Shown piece after piece: positions 8,589-16,749 of a stretch of 49,246 nt of DNA. The position numbers were made by a program, and so were the translations under genes. Positions within the stretch are counted from its first letter, which is position 1. Each line of letters opens with the position of its first letter. The stretch comes from Actinomycetota bacterium (GTDB taxonomy: Bacteria; Actinomycetota; Acidimicrobiia; Acidimicrobiales; Ilumatobacteraceae). The stretch spans positions 1 through 49,246 of the forward strand of contig JBJTXX010000467.1 in NCBI GenBank assembly GCA_046082485.1, written 5' to 3'. Below the pieces are notes generated by a model that searched no databases, was not told the origin of the DNA, and worked only from the letters and a program-made list of their open reading frames with translations.

Positions 8589-10566
8589 CGGCCGGCGGCT
8601 CGTAATCGGTGTCGTCGGCGACCGAGGGCTCGAGGCACCAGCCGAAGATCGACAGCAGCAGCACCGCCAGACCGACGAAGCACAGCAACAGGTTGAAGAT
8701 CACGCCGTAGGCGATGATCGGCAACGACAGGGCCATCACGATCGGCCAGTACGACGGCGACGGCAGGTGGATGTGGTGATCCGCGTTCGCCTCTTCCTCG
8801 GCGAGGATCTCCTCGGCCGTGCGCACCTTCACCAGCTTGGCGCCGTCGGGCGTGTCCTGCTCCTCGTACTTCCGGTGGAAGAACTCGTCGAGGGCGTGCA
8901 CCGTCGGGATGCGGTCGAAGTTGTGCTCCTTCGGCGGACTCGCCGTGATCCACTCCAGGGTGCGGGCATCCCACGGGTCGAGCGGGGCGGCCGGCGCCTT
9001 CTTCGACGTGTGGAAGATGTTGATCACGAACAGCAGCACGCCGAGGGCGATCACGAAACTGCCGACACTCGCGACACGGTTCCAGAACGCGATGTCGAAG
9101 AAGCCCTCACCCGTGATCTTGTCCGGCCACACCACCATGCGGCGGGGCTGGCCCTGCAGACCGAGGATATGCATCGGGGCGAAGGTGAGGTTGATGCCGA
9201 AGAACATCAGCCAGAAGTTCCACTTGCCCAGCCGCTCGCTCAGCATCTTGCCGAACATCTTCGGCCACCAGAAGTAGAAGCCGGCGAACAGGCCCATCAC
9301 CGCACCACCCACGATCACGTAGTGGAAGTGGGCGACGATGTGGTACGTGTCGGTCTGCTGCGTGTCGCTGGGCGCCACGGCGTGGGTGACGCCCGAGAGA
9401 CCACCGATGGTGAACAGCACGATCACGCCGATCGAGAACATCATCGCGACGCTGTACTGCAGCTTGCCGCCCCACAGGGTGAGCGTCCAGTTGCAGATCT
9501 TCACGCCGGTGGGAATGGCGATCAGCATGGTCGCCACCGAGAACACCGCCACGCTGACGGGCCCTAGGCCGCTGGCGAACATGTGGTGGGCCCATACGCC
9601 CCAGCCGACGAAGCCGATCGCCGCACCCGAGAAGACCACGAACTTGTAGCCGAACAGCGGCTTGTGGGCGAACGTGGGAAGCACCTCGGAGATGATGCCG
9701 AAGCTCGGCAGGACGATGATGTACACCTCGGGGTGGCCGAAGATCCAGAACAGGTGCTGCCACAGCAGGGGGTCTGCGCCGGCGTTCACGTCGAAGAACG
9801 TGGCACCGAAGTTGCGCTGGAAGCTGAGCAGGAAGAGCGCCACGGTGATCACGGGCATGGCGAACAGCAGCAGGAACTGCACCACCAGCACCATCCAGGT
9901 GAACACCGGCATGTCCATCAACTTCATGCCCGGTGCACGCATGTTCAGCACCGTCACGATGAGGTTGATGGCACCGACGAGTGAGGCGATACCGGTGATC
10001 TGCAGGCCGAGCACCCAGAAGTCGATGCCGTGCGAGGGCGAGAACAGGGCGCTGCTGTTCGGGGAGTACATAAACCAGCCGCCGTCGGCCGCGCCGCCGA
10101 GGAACCACGAGGTGTTCAGGAAGATGCCGCCGAAGAGGAACAGCCAGAAGCCCAGCGCGTTGATGCGCGGGAAGGCCACGTCACGGGCGCCGACCTGCAG
10201 GGGCAGGAAGTAGTTGGCGAACGCAGCGGCCATCGGCATCACGAAGAGGAACACCATCGTCGTGGCGTGCATCGTGAACATCTCGTTGTAGAGCCCAGCG
10301 CTGAGCACCGTGTTGTCGGGGGCTGCGAGCTGCAGACGGATCAGCAGCGCCTCGATACCGCCCACCAGGAAGAAGAACAGCGCCACGGCGCCGTACATCA
10401 GGCCCAGCTTCTTGTGGTCGACGGTGAACAGCCAGCTCTTCCAGCCGGTGCTGGCGACTGGCCGACGCAGCACGCCGAGAGCCCGCGGCGTGGTGACCAC
10501 AGCGGGGGCCGAGGCACCGGCACCGACGGTGGCCGGGACTGCTGAGGGTCGTTCGATGATTGCCAT
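8551..10566 (-). CDS. ctaD: Cytochrome c oxidase subunit I (A-type heme-copper oxidase) with about 115-aa two-helix C-terminal extension
   Basis: All canonical ligand blocks are present: FTMHATTMVF (helix II His), WQHLFWIFGHPEVY (CuB His plus Tyr), WAHHMF (two CuB His) and VAHFHYV (heme a3/heme a His). Also has TVDHKKLG and DPWDARTLEW. Confidence 0.95.
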   Translation of the reverse strand: MAIIERPSAVPATVGAGASAPAVVTTPRALGVLRRPVASTGWKSWLFTVDHKKLGLMYGAVALFFFLVGGIEALLIRLQLAAPDNTVLSAGLYNEMFTMHATTMVFLFVMPMAAAFANYFLPLQVGARDVAFPRINALGFWLFLFGGIFLNTSWFLGGAADGGWFMYSPNSSALFSPSHGIDFWVLGLQITGIASLVGAINLIVTVLNMRAPGMKLMDMPVFTWMVLVVQFLLLFAMPVITVALFLLSFQRNFGATFFDVNAGADPLLWQHLFWIFGHPEVYIIVLPSFGIISEVLPTFAHKPLFGYKFVVFSGAAIGFVGWGVWAHHMFASGLGPVSVAVFSVATMLIAIPTGVKICNWTLTLWGGKLQYSVAMMFSIGVIVLFTIGGLSGVTHAVAPSDTQQTDTYHIVAHFHYVIVGGAVMGLFAGFYFWWPKMFGKMLSERLGKWNFWLMFFGINLTFAPMHILGLQGQPRRMVVWPDKITGEGFFDIAFWNRVASVGSFVIALGVLLFVINIFHTSKKAPAAPLDPWDARTLEWITASPPKEHNFDRIPTVHALDEFFHRKYEEQDTPDGAKLVKVRTAEEILAEEEANADHHIHLPSPSYWPIVMALSLPIIAYGVIFNLLLCFVGLAVLLLSIFGWCLEPSVADDTDYEPPAGGEPSKELATLG

Positions 10567-10578
10567 CGGTGGGCTCCC

Positions 10579-11817
10579 TTACTTCCGCTCGAGGAGGTAG
10601 GCGATGAGTTGGTCGATCTGATCCTCCTTGAGGTTCAGATTCGGCATGCCACGGTACTTGCCGCCCGTGGACTCGAGATTCTTGGGGTCGGCGAACATCG
10701 GCTTCATCGCCGGTGAGTTGCGCAGCCACTCACGAAGCTTCGACTCGTCGAAGCAGTCGGGCGTGACACCCTTCAGGTACATGGCACCGAACTTGTCGGG
10801 CGCGGCGTTCCACAGCGCATCACGACACTCCTCGTTGATGAGGTCGAACGTCCAGCCGGCGATGGCCGTACGGGTCATCAGGTTGGTGAGGTTCGGCGCC
10901 ACGCCCGACACGACGTAGAGGTCGGGGTCGGAGAGCACCGGGCTGCCGTCGGCGTTCTCGATGCCGTTCACCTGGTGGCACTTGCTGCAGTTCGCGATGA
11001 AGGTTCCCTCACCGGCGAGCGCCAGTTCGTCGGTCGGTGCCGCGTAAGGCTGCAGCTGGTTGTCGACCCACGCCTGGAAGTCGGCGGTGTCGAGGGCAAC
11101 GGCGGCCTGCCGCATACGGGCGTGGCTGAGGCCGCAGAACTCCGTGCACTGGCCCATGTAGAGGCCGGGCTCGTCGGCCTGCAGGCGCAGAGAGTGCAGG
11201 CGACCGGGCACCGCGTCGCGCTTGCCGTTGAGGGCGGGAATCCAGAAACTGTGGATCACGTCACGGCTGGTGATGCGCAGGATCACGGGAGTGTTGGTCG
11301 GAATCACCAACTCGCCGCTCGTGACGATCGGCTCGGGGATCTTCACGCCGCCGCACTCGCCGGTGGCGTAGTCCATCTCCCACCACCACTGCTGGCCGGT
11401 GACGTTGATCACGCATTCGGTGTCGGTCTTCTTGTCGAGTTCGAAGACGGTGATCACGGTGGGCACCGAGACACCCGCGAGGATCACTGCCGGCAGCACC
11501 GTCAGGAAGATCTCCAGCTTCGGGTTGCCGTGGGTCTGCTCGGGGATGTCCTGGCCGCGGTCCTTGAACTTCCAGAGGGTGTAGGCGACCGCCGCCAGCA
11601 CGATCACGCCCACCACACCGGCGATGTAGAACACCGGCCGCTGCAGGTTGTCGATCTTCGTTGCGTTCGGGCCCCTGGGCTCGAAGATGTCCTGCGGCGC
11701 GTTCTCGGCGCAGGCGGCAAGCACCGCCGCCACGACCGCCGCCACCATCAGGTGGGGACGGCGCCGGGGGGTGCGTATCTCGCCGTGGTTGCTCATGCTG
11801 TGTTCGCTCCGGTCCAT
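10579..11817 (-). CDS. ctaC: Cytochrome c oxidase subunit II with fused C-terminal cytochrome c domain (caa3 type)
   Basis: CuA site HSFWIPALNGK...CTEFCGLSHARM. Heme c site CSKCH with a distal RGMPNL. Two N-terminal TM helices. Start at ATG 11817 (MDRSEHSMSNH), with an alternative ATG at 11796. The 713-aa ORF upstream of this is an antisense/readthrough artefact. Confidence 0.9.
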   Translation of the reverse strand: MDRSEHSMSNHGEIRTPRRRPHLMVAAVVAAVLAACAENAPQDIFEPRGPNATKIDNLQRPVFYIAGVVGVIVLAAVAYTLWKFKDRGQDIPEQTHGNPKLEIFLTVLPAVILAGVSVPTVITVFELDKKTDTECVINVTGQQWWWEMDYATGECGGVKIPEPIVTSGELVIPTNTPVILRITSRDVIHSFWIPALNGKRDAVPGRLHSLRLQADEPGLYMGQCTEFCGLSHARMRQAAVALDTADFQAWVDNQLQPYAAPTDELALAGEGTFIANCSKCHQVNGIENADGSPVLSDPDLYVVSGVAPNLTNLMTRTAIAGWTFDLINEECRDALWNAAPDKFGAMYLKGVTPDCFDESKLREWLRNSPAMKPMFADPKNLESTGGKYRGMPNLNLKEDQIDQLIAYLLERK

Positions 11818-11819
11818 GA

Positions 11820-12968
11820 TCAGGGCACCACCACTTTGATCTCTTGCTCTTCGACCTCGGGCACCGTCAGGCGGAACGGGGTCGTGCTGGCGGCCTGGGA
11901 CTTGCTGATGCGGAAGGTCAGGAACGCCTTGCCGCCCTTCTCGATCGTCGTGGTGCAGTCTGCCTGCTCGGTTCCCTCGGTGCCATCCGTGGCCTTGAAT
12001 GTGCCCAAATGCACAGTCAGGCGGCGGGCTTCCTCGGTGCGGTTGGTGAACAGCACGTGCACGTCGGTCGAGCGCGGCACGTAGATCTCGTGGTACTCGA
12101 CGTTCGGGATCGCCGTGTTGAAGGCCACCAGCCGGTTGTCGTCGGTGAGGACGACGTTGGCGATGACATTGCTCTTCGCGGACACGCTCTGCGAGGCCTT
12201 GTGGTCGACCTCCTCGATCTCGGACTCGGGCGCCTGACCGAGGCACACCGCGGCGCTGATGTGCGCGTGCTCCTCGATGGTGCGCTGACCCGACACCGCC
12301 GAGGCGACACCGACACCCAGCATCGCCAGCAGGCCGACGGCGCTGATGCCGCCGATCGTCGTCTTCGACAGACCGCGACGGGCGGCGATCATGAAACCGA
12401 CCACCACGATGACGGCGCCGAGCAGGATGAAGGCCCAACGACCGGCGTCCTTGCTGATGGTGAGCATCAGCCGCGAGAAGCCGTAGAGCATGGCGCCGAG
12501 CACGACGGTGGCGAGCACCGGGAACTCGAGTGGATGCATGAGGCGCTTGCGCAGGCCGTCGTTGAAGGCCGCGTCGCCACTGGCGCGCTGGGCCCAGGTC
12601 TCGACCATCCACTCGACGATGGCAGCGATCAGCACCACCACGGCGACCTTGAACACCACCGGCTTGCTGACCGCGCCGACGGCCAGGCCGGCGACACTCA
12701 CCGCCGAGACCAGCGGCCACAGGCTGCGACCGACGGGCCCGCGGCCCGCAGCGCTCTGCGAAACCGCAGCTTCGTCCATGGGCGGAACGTTGCAGTCGCG
12801 AACGTAGATGTTGATGCCGGCGAGGAAGGCGAAGACAACGCCGACCGACACGAGGCCGATGGTGCCCAGCAGGCCCGTGGGCCCGCCGTTGGACATCCCG
12901 AACAGCAGCGCGCCCACGAACGAGAGCACCGTGCCGCCGAGGAACAGCTTTGAACCAGTGGTGAACAT
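11820..12968 (-). CDS. Polytopic membrane protein (about 7 TM) with beta-rich extracytoplasmic C-terminal domain; function unknown
   Basis: 382-aa ORF with high GC3. Its stop is 2 nt before the ctaC start, and its start is 10 nt after the stop of the subunit III paralogue. It has seven hydrophobic segments followed by about 150 aa of alternating beta-like sequence (VHVLFTNRTEEARRLTVHLGTF...FLTFRISKS...FRLTVPEVEEQEIKVVVP). Confidence 0.7.
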   Translation of the reverse strand: MFTTGSKLFLGGTVLSFVGALLFGMSNGGPTGLLGTIGLVSVGVVFAFLAGINIYVRDCNVPPMDEAAVSQSAAGRGPVGRSLWPLVSAVSVAGLAVGAVSKPVVFKVAVVVLIAAIVEWMVETWAQRASGDAAFNDGLRKRLMHPLEFPVLATVVLGAMLYGFSRLMLTISKDAGRWAFILLGAVIVVVGFMIAARRGLSKTTIGGISAVGLLAMLGVGVASAVSGQRTIEEHAHISAAVCLGQAPESEIEEVDHKASQSVSAKSNVIANVVLTDDNRLVAFNTAIPNVEYHEIYVPRSTDVHVLFTNRTEEARRLTVHLGTFKATDGTEGTEQADCTTTIEKGGKAFLTFRISKSQAASTTPFRLTVPEVEEQEIKVVVP

Positions 12969-12978
12969 CGGCTCCCCG

Positions 12979-13560
12979 TTACTTCGTCACGTAAACCACG
13001 AACCACACCAGTGCGAAGATCGCACTGAAGCAGTACCAATACAGGGCGTGCGCCGCCACGACCTCGCGGTCGGTGTCACGGCCGCTGAGATAGCGGAACG
13101 CAGTGATGGCGCTGAAGAGCACGCCGACGATCATGAGGGCGGCGGTCACCCCGGTGACGGCGTAGAACATGATCTGGTAAGTGCCGCCGTTGGCAGCGAG
13201 GCCCATCTGACCCCAGATGTAGGCCTGGGCGTTGATGAGCGCCACACCCAGCACCAGCACGAGGAACAGTGCCGTGCCCGTGTGCGGGCGGTCATCGCGC
13301 TTGGCCGAGTACACCGCCCACTGGGCGAAGATGCACAACGGCAGCAACGCGATCAGCATGACGTTCGCCGGCACGAGCGGCACGTTGGTGCCCTTGGGCA
13401 CCCAAGCACCGTCGGGGCCGTTCAGGCCCGCCTCGCGGAAACGCAGGAACAGGGCGAGCATGCCGCCGATCAGTGCCACCGCAGCGGCGCAGGCGAGCGC
13501 GGCGCCCACCAGCAACTGGCGGCGCGGCTCGGGGGCAGGGGCCGGGGGAAGTGCGAGCAT
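12979..13560 (-). CDS. Divergent heme-copper oxidase subunit III family paralogue
   Basis: 193 aa with 5 TM. The C-terminal HALYWYCFSAIFALVWFVVY parallels the canonical LYWHFVDVVWVVIF of ctaE in this window. The start ATG overlaps the stop of the upstream subunit I paralogue (ATGA at 13558-13562). Confidence 0.7.
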   Translation of the reverse strand: MLALPPAPAPEPRRQLLVGAALACAAAVALIGGMLALFLRFREAGLNGPDGAWVPKGTNVPLVPANVMLIALLPLCIFAQWAVYSAKRDDRPHTGTALFLVLVLGVALINAQAYIWGQMGLAANGGTYQIMFYAVTGVTAALMIVGVLFSAITAFRYLSGRDTDREVVAAHALYWYCFSAIFALVWFVVYVTK

Positions 13561-15212
13561 CAGGCCTCACTCCGGTTCGAGGGCTTCAGGTCGAGCAGGG
13601 GCTCTGCCGACTTCACCACGTGGATGTCGACGAAGTTGTGCTCCGGCGCAGGCGAGGTGGTGGCCCACTCGAGCGTCTGGCCGTTCCACGGGTCGTCACC
13701 GGCGCGCTCGCCCTTGGCGGCCGAGCGCCACTCGAGGGCGACGAATGCCAGCACCGTCAGCAGCACCAGCAGGTGACCGATGCCGCTGAGGGCGTTCCAC
13801 AGGCCCGACGGGCCGGAGTACGAGAAGTTCGTGGGGCCGGGCAGGCCGGCCTCCACGGCGGGCAGGGCCTCACCGGGCTGATCGGCGAAACCGGCGATCA
13901 TCATCGGCAGGCTCGCCAACACGCCACCGAGGAACCCCAGCAGGCCCAGCGGCAGCGTCGCCTTCATCGGCATCACCCGGCCGCTCCACTTCGGCATCCA
14001 GTGCGCCACGGCACCGAGACCGGCGAGCACCGAGCCATAGACGACCGCCAACCATGCGCCTTCCTCGAAGGTCGTGCCGACGAGGCCGGCATCACCGACG
14101 TGGTTCAGCACTCCCGCAGCGGCACCGAGCAGCACCAGCAGGGCGCCGTGCAGGGCGAACACGAGCGGGGCCCCGATCGCAGGCTTGCTGCGAAGGGCGC
14201 CTGCGGTGAGCGCCACCGAACCGAGCACACCCAGCAGCGGCAACAGGTGCACGAGAGCGAACGGCACGAGGTCGGACACCTTCTGTCCTGCGGTGAGACC
14301 CGAGAACCCGGCACGCAACAGCACCGGTGCCTGCACCGCAGCGGCGAACATCGCCGTGCCGACCAGACCGATGGCGCCGAGCAGCACCCCGCGGGGCCGC
14401 AGGCGTGTGTTGGTCGCCGTGGCCACCACGTCGGCGAGGAAGCCGAGCGCAGGGAGGGCGAAGACCAGTGTGGTCGGCTGCGTCAGACCGAAGCCCACCC
14501 AGCGGCCGAGCGCCCGGTTCCCGCTCAGTTCGCTGACGCTCGGGTAGCGGTGGGCGAGATACACGTAGAGCAGATCGCCGATCACGATCGGCAGCACGAC
14601 CAGCAGTGCCAGCGACGACACCAGCACCGCCCACGAGAACCAAGGGATGCGACGCATGTTCATGCCGGGCGCACGGGTCGTGAGCACCGTGGCCGCGAGC
14701 GAGACGGCCGTGGCCACGAGGCCGAGCGCCACGAGGCCGAACGACAGGGTGAACAGGTCGACGAACCGGCGGTTGCCACCGTTCGGGCCGCCGTTCGCAG
14801 CGATCGCAATCACGGCGAGCACGGCGCCGATCGCCCAGGTCCAGAAGCCAGCCGCAGCCACCCTCGGGAAGGCGTTCGAACGGGCGCCCACCTGCAGCGG
14901 GACCACCACGAGTGCGATGCCCACCAGCAACGGCAGCGCCACCAGGAAGGTGAGGCCGAAGCGGTACAGCGAGAACAGCTGGGTGATCGACTCGACGGGC
15001 AGCAGCTCGCTGCCCGAATCGGCGCGCTCGAATGCCAGCAGGGCGCCCACCACCACGGCGCCGAGCAGCGCCAACGTCGCCAGACTCATGAACAGCCGGC
15101 CGATCTTCTTGTGGTCGGTGGAGGTGATCCAGTCAGCCACGGTCGCAAGTCCGCCACCTGCGGAGGTGGCGGGTGCGTGGGTGTCGACGGTTGTCATGGG
15201 CAACGGACTCAT
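13560..15212 (-). CDS. Heme-copper oxidase subunit I-like paralogue lacking the canonical heme/CuB histidine ligands
   Basis: Retains the superfamily blocks STDHKKIG, PLQVGARSNAFPR, TRAPGMNMRRIPWFSW, HWMPKW and DPWNGQTLEWATTSPAPEHNF. It has no His between DHKKIG and AFPR, no GHPEVY, no HH and no HFH block. The start is ambiguous: ATG at 15212 (MSPLPM...) or 15197 (MTTVDT...). Confidence 0.8.
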   Translation of the reverse strand: MSPLPMTTVDTHAPATSAGGGLATVADWITSTDHKKIGRLFMSLATLALLGAVVVGALLAFERADSGSELLPVESITQLFSLYRFGLTFLVALPLLVGIALVVVPLQVGARSNAFPRVAAAGFWTWAIGAVLAVIAIAANGGPNGGNRRFVDLFTLSFGLVALGLVATAVSLAATVLTTRAPGMNMRRIPWFSWAVLVSSLALLVVLPIVIGDLLYVYLAHRYPSVSELSGNRALGRWVGFGLTQPTTLVFALPALGFLADVVATATNTRLRPRGVLLGAIGLVGTAMFAAAVQAPVLLRAGFSGLTAGQKVSDLVPFALVHLLPLLGVLGSVALTAGALRSKPAIGAPLVFALHGALLVLLGAAAGVLNHVGDAGLVGTTFEEGAWLAVVYGSVLAGLGAVAHWMPKWSGRVMPMKATLPLGLLGFLGGVLASLPMMIAGFADQPGEALPAVEAGLPGPTNFSYSGPSGLWNALSGIGHLLVLLTVLAFVALEWRSAAKGERAGDDPWNGQTLEWATTSPAPEHNFVDIHVVKSAEPLLDLKPSNRSEA

Positions 15213-15310
15213 TTCGTCTCGGGCGCGCGCATGGCGGGACCCACAGATCACAGGTCAGGTGGAGTTACAGGTGCGACATTACCCACAGCCATGGTGCGGA
15301 GAGGAAATTC

Positions 15311-16258
15311 TCAGACACCGTGACGCACGAGCACGTCGACGGTCATCGCCGTGAAGAGCAGCGTCACGTACGTGATCGAGTAGCCGAAGACCCGCATCGA
15401 CCTTTGCGGCGTGGGGTTCCGGCCGAGGTCGATGGTGCCCCACAGGAACAGTGCGCCGAGCACGACGGCCGAGATGCCGTACACCGGACCGAGCGACGCG
15501 ACCGGCCACAGCACCAGCGTGCCGGCCACCATGACAGCGGTGTAGAGCACCATCTTGCGCACCGTCACCTCGAGGGTGCTGACGGCCGGCAGCATCGGCA
15601 CGCTGGCCGCCCGGTAGTCGTCGGCGTAGCGGATGGCCAGTGCCCAGAAGTGCGGAGGGGTCCAGAGGAACATCACGACGAACAGCACGACCGGAGTCCA
15701 CGTCACGTCGTTGCGCACCGCCGCCCAGCCCACCAGCACCGGCACTGCGCCTGCGGCACCTCCGATGACGATGTTCTGGGTGCTCGTGCGCTTGAGCCAG
15801 AGCGTGTAGACGAAGACGTAGAACAGCATCGCGGAGAGCGCCAGCACGGCCGACAGCAGGTTCGCCCACTTCCAGAGCACGCCGAATGCGACGACCTCGA
15901 GCAGGATCGCGAAGACCAACGCCTCGCGCGGCCCCACGAGGCCGGTCACGAGGGGGCGGCCCTGGGTGCGCGGCATCAGGCTGTCGATGTCTCTGTCGAC
16001 CACCATGTTGATGGCGTTCGCGCCGCCGGCGGCCAGCGTGCCGCCCACGAGGGTCACGATCAGCAGGCTCCACGACGGCCAACCCCGTTCGGCCAACACC
16101 ATCGTGGGTACGGTGGTGATGAGCAGCAGTTCGATGATGCGCGGCTTTGTGAGCGCAACGAAACCGCCGATGCGGGTGCTCGGGGTGCGGCGACCGCCGT
16201 GCACCACGCCACCGGGTGCGAGCCGCGAAGGCACGATGGGGCGGGCGCCGACAGCCAT
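15311..16258 (-). CDS. ctaB: Protoheme IX farnesyltransferase (heme O synthase)
   Basis: UbiA-family motifs are present: ALTKPRIIELLL, GGANAINMVVDRDID and WTPPHFWALA. I chose the start at the internal ATG 16258 (MAVGARP...), because the upstream 40 codons are Arg/Pro-rich. Confidence 0.9.
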   Translation of the reverse strand: MAVGARPIVPSRLAPGGVVHGGRRTPSTRIGGFVALTKPRIIELLLITTVPTMVLAERGWPSWSLLIVTLVGGTLAAGGANAINMVVDRDIDSLMPRTQGRPLVTGLVGPREALVFAILLEVVAFGVLWKWANLLSAVLALSAMLFYVFVYTLWLKRTSTQNIVIGGAAGAVPVLVGWAAVRNDVTWTPVVLFVVMFLWTPPHFWALAIRYADDYRAASVPMLPAVSTLEVTVRKMVLYTAVMVAGTLVLWPVASLGPVYGISAVVLGALFLWGTIDLGRNPTPQRSMRVFGYSITYVTLLFTAMTVDVLVRHGV

Positions 16259-16377
16259 GGGGTCATCGTAGGGTGCCGATGCGGACGGCACCACTTCGCC
16301 ACGCGCTGCCTGCGTCGGGGGACGAGAGTCACATCGGTTCCGTGCTCGCGGCGGCAGCGGGCGACGGCGACGGCACA

Positions 16378-16683
16378 ATGGGGCACATGCCCACGGTGCT
16401 GGAACCGGTTCGAACCGAACAACCCGACGCCGACACCACCACCGTTCCCGACCGCCCGTGGCTGGTGCTGGTGTGGAACGACCCGATCAACCTGATGAGC
16501 TACGTCACCCTGGTGCTGCAGAAGGTGTTCGGCTACAGCCGTGAGAAGGCGACGTCGCTGATGCTCGACGTGCACCACAGGGGTCGGGCCGTGGTCAGCA
16601 GCGGCACCCGCGAGAAGGCCGAGATCGACGTGTTCAGGCTGCACGAGCACGGGTTGTGGGCCACGATGCAACAGGACGACTGA
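16378..16683 (+). CDS. clpS: ATP-dependent Clp protease adaptor ClpS
   Basis: 101 aa. PWLVLVWNDPINLMSYVTLVLQKVFGYSREKATSLMLDVHHRGRAVV is the ClpS core. An alternative ATG lies 9 nt downstream. Confidence 0.9.
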   Translation: MGHMPTVLEPVRTEQPDADTTTVPDRPWLVLVWNDPINLMSYVTLVLQKVFGYSREKATSLMLDVHHRGRAVVSSGTREKAEIDVFRLHEHGLWATMQQDD

Positions 16684-16696
16684 CCCCGGACGCGAC

Positions 16697-16722
16697 AGTG
16701 CCCCCGCCGAGGCGGGGGCACT
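16697..16722. terminator. GC-rich hairpin between convergent clpS and a membrane-protein gene (putative bidirectional terminator)
   Basis: AGTGCCCCCGCC / GGCGGGGGCACT form an almost loop-less perfect inverted repeat, effectively about a 10-bp stem with a 4-6 nt loop. There is no clear U-tract. Confidence 0.45.
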
Positions 16723-16749
16723 GGGTCGAACGCTCGGGGGCGTCGGAGG

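Noticed and set aside
11818-12720. The N-terminal 300-aa extension of the ctaC ORF (10579..12720). Comparable extensions occur at 22054..23901, 24331..25722, 35785..37662, 3084..3782 and 37504..37995.
   Set aside because: The extensions overlap better-supported genes in other frames or on the same strand. They are Arg/Gly-rich and precede clear internal starts that have SD-like sequences or stop/start coupling.
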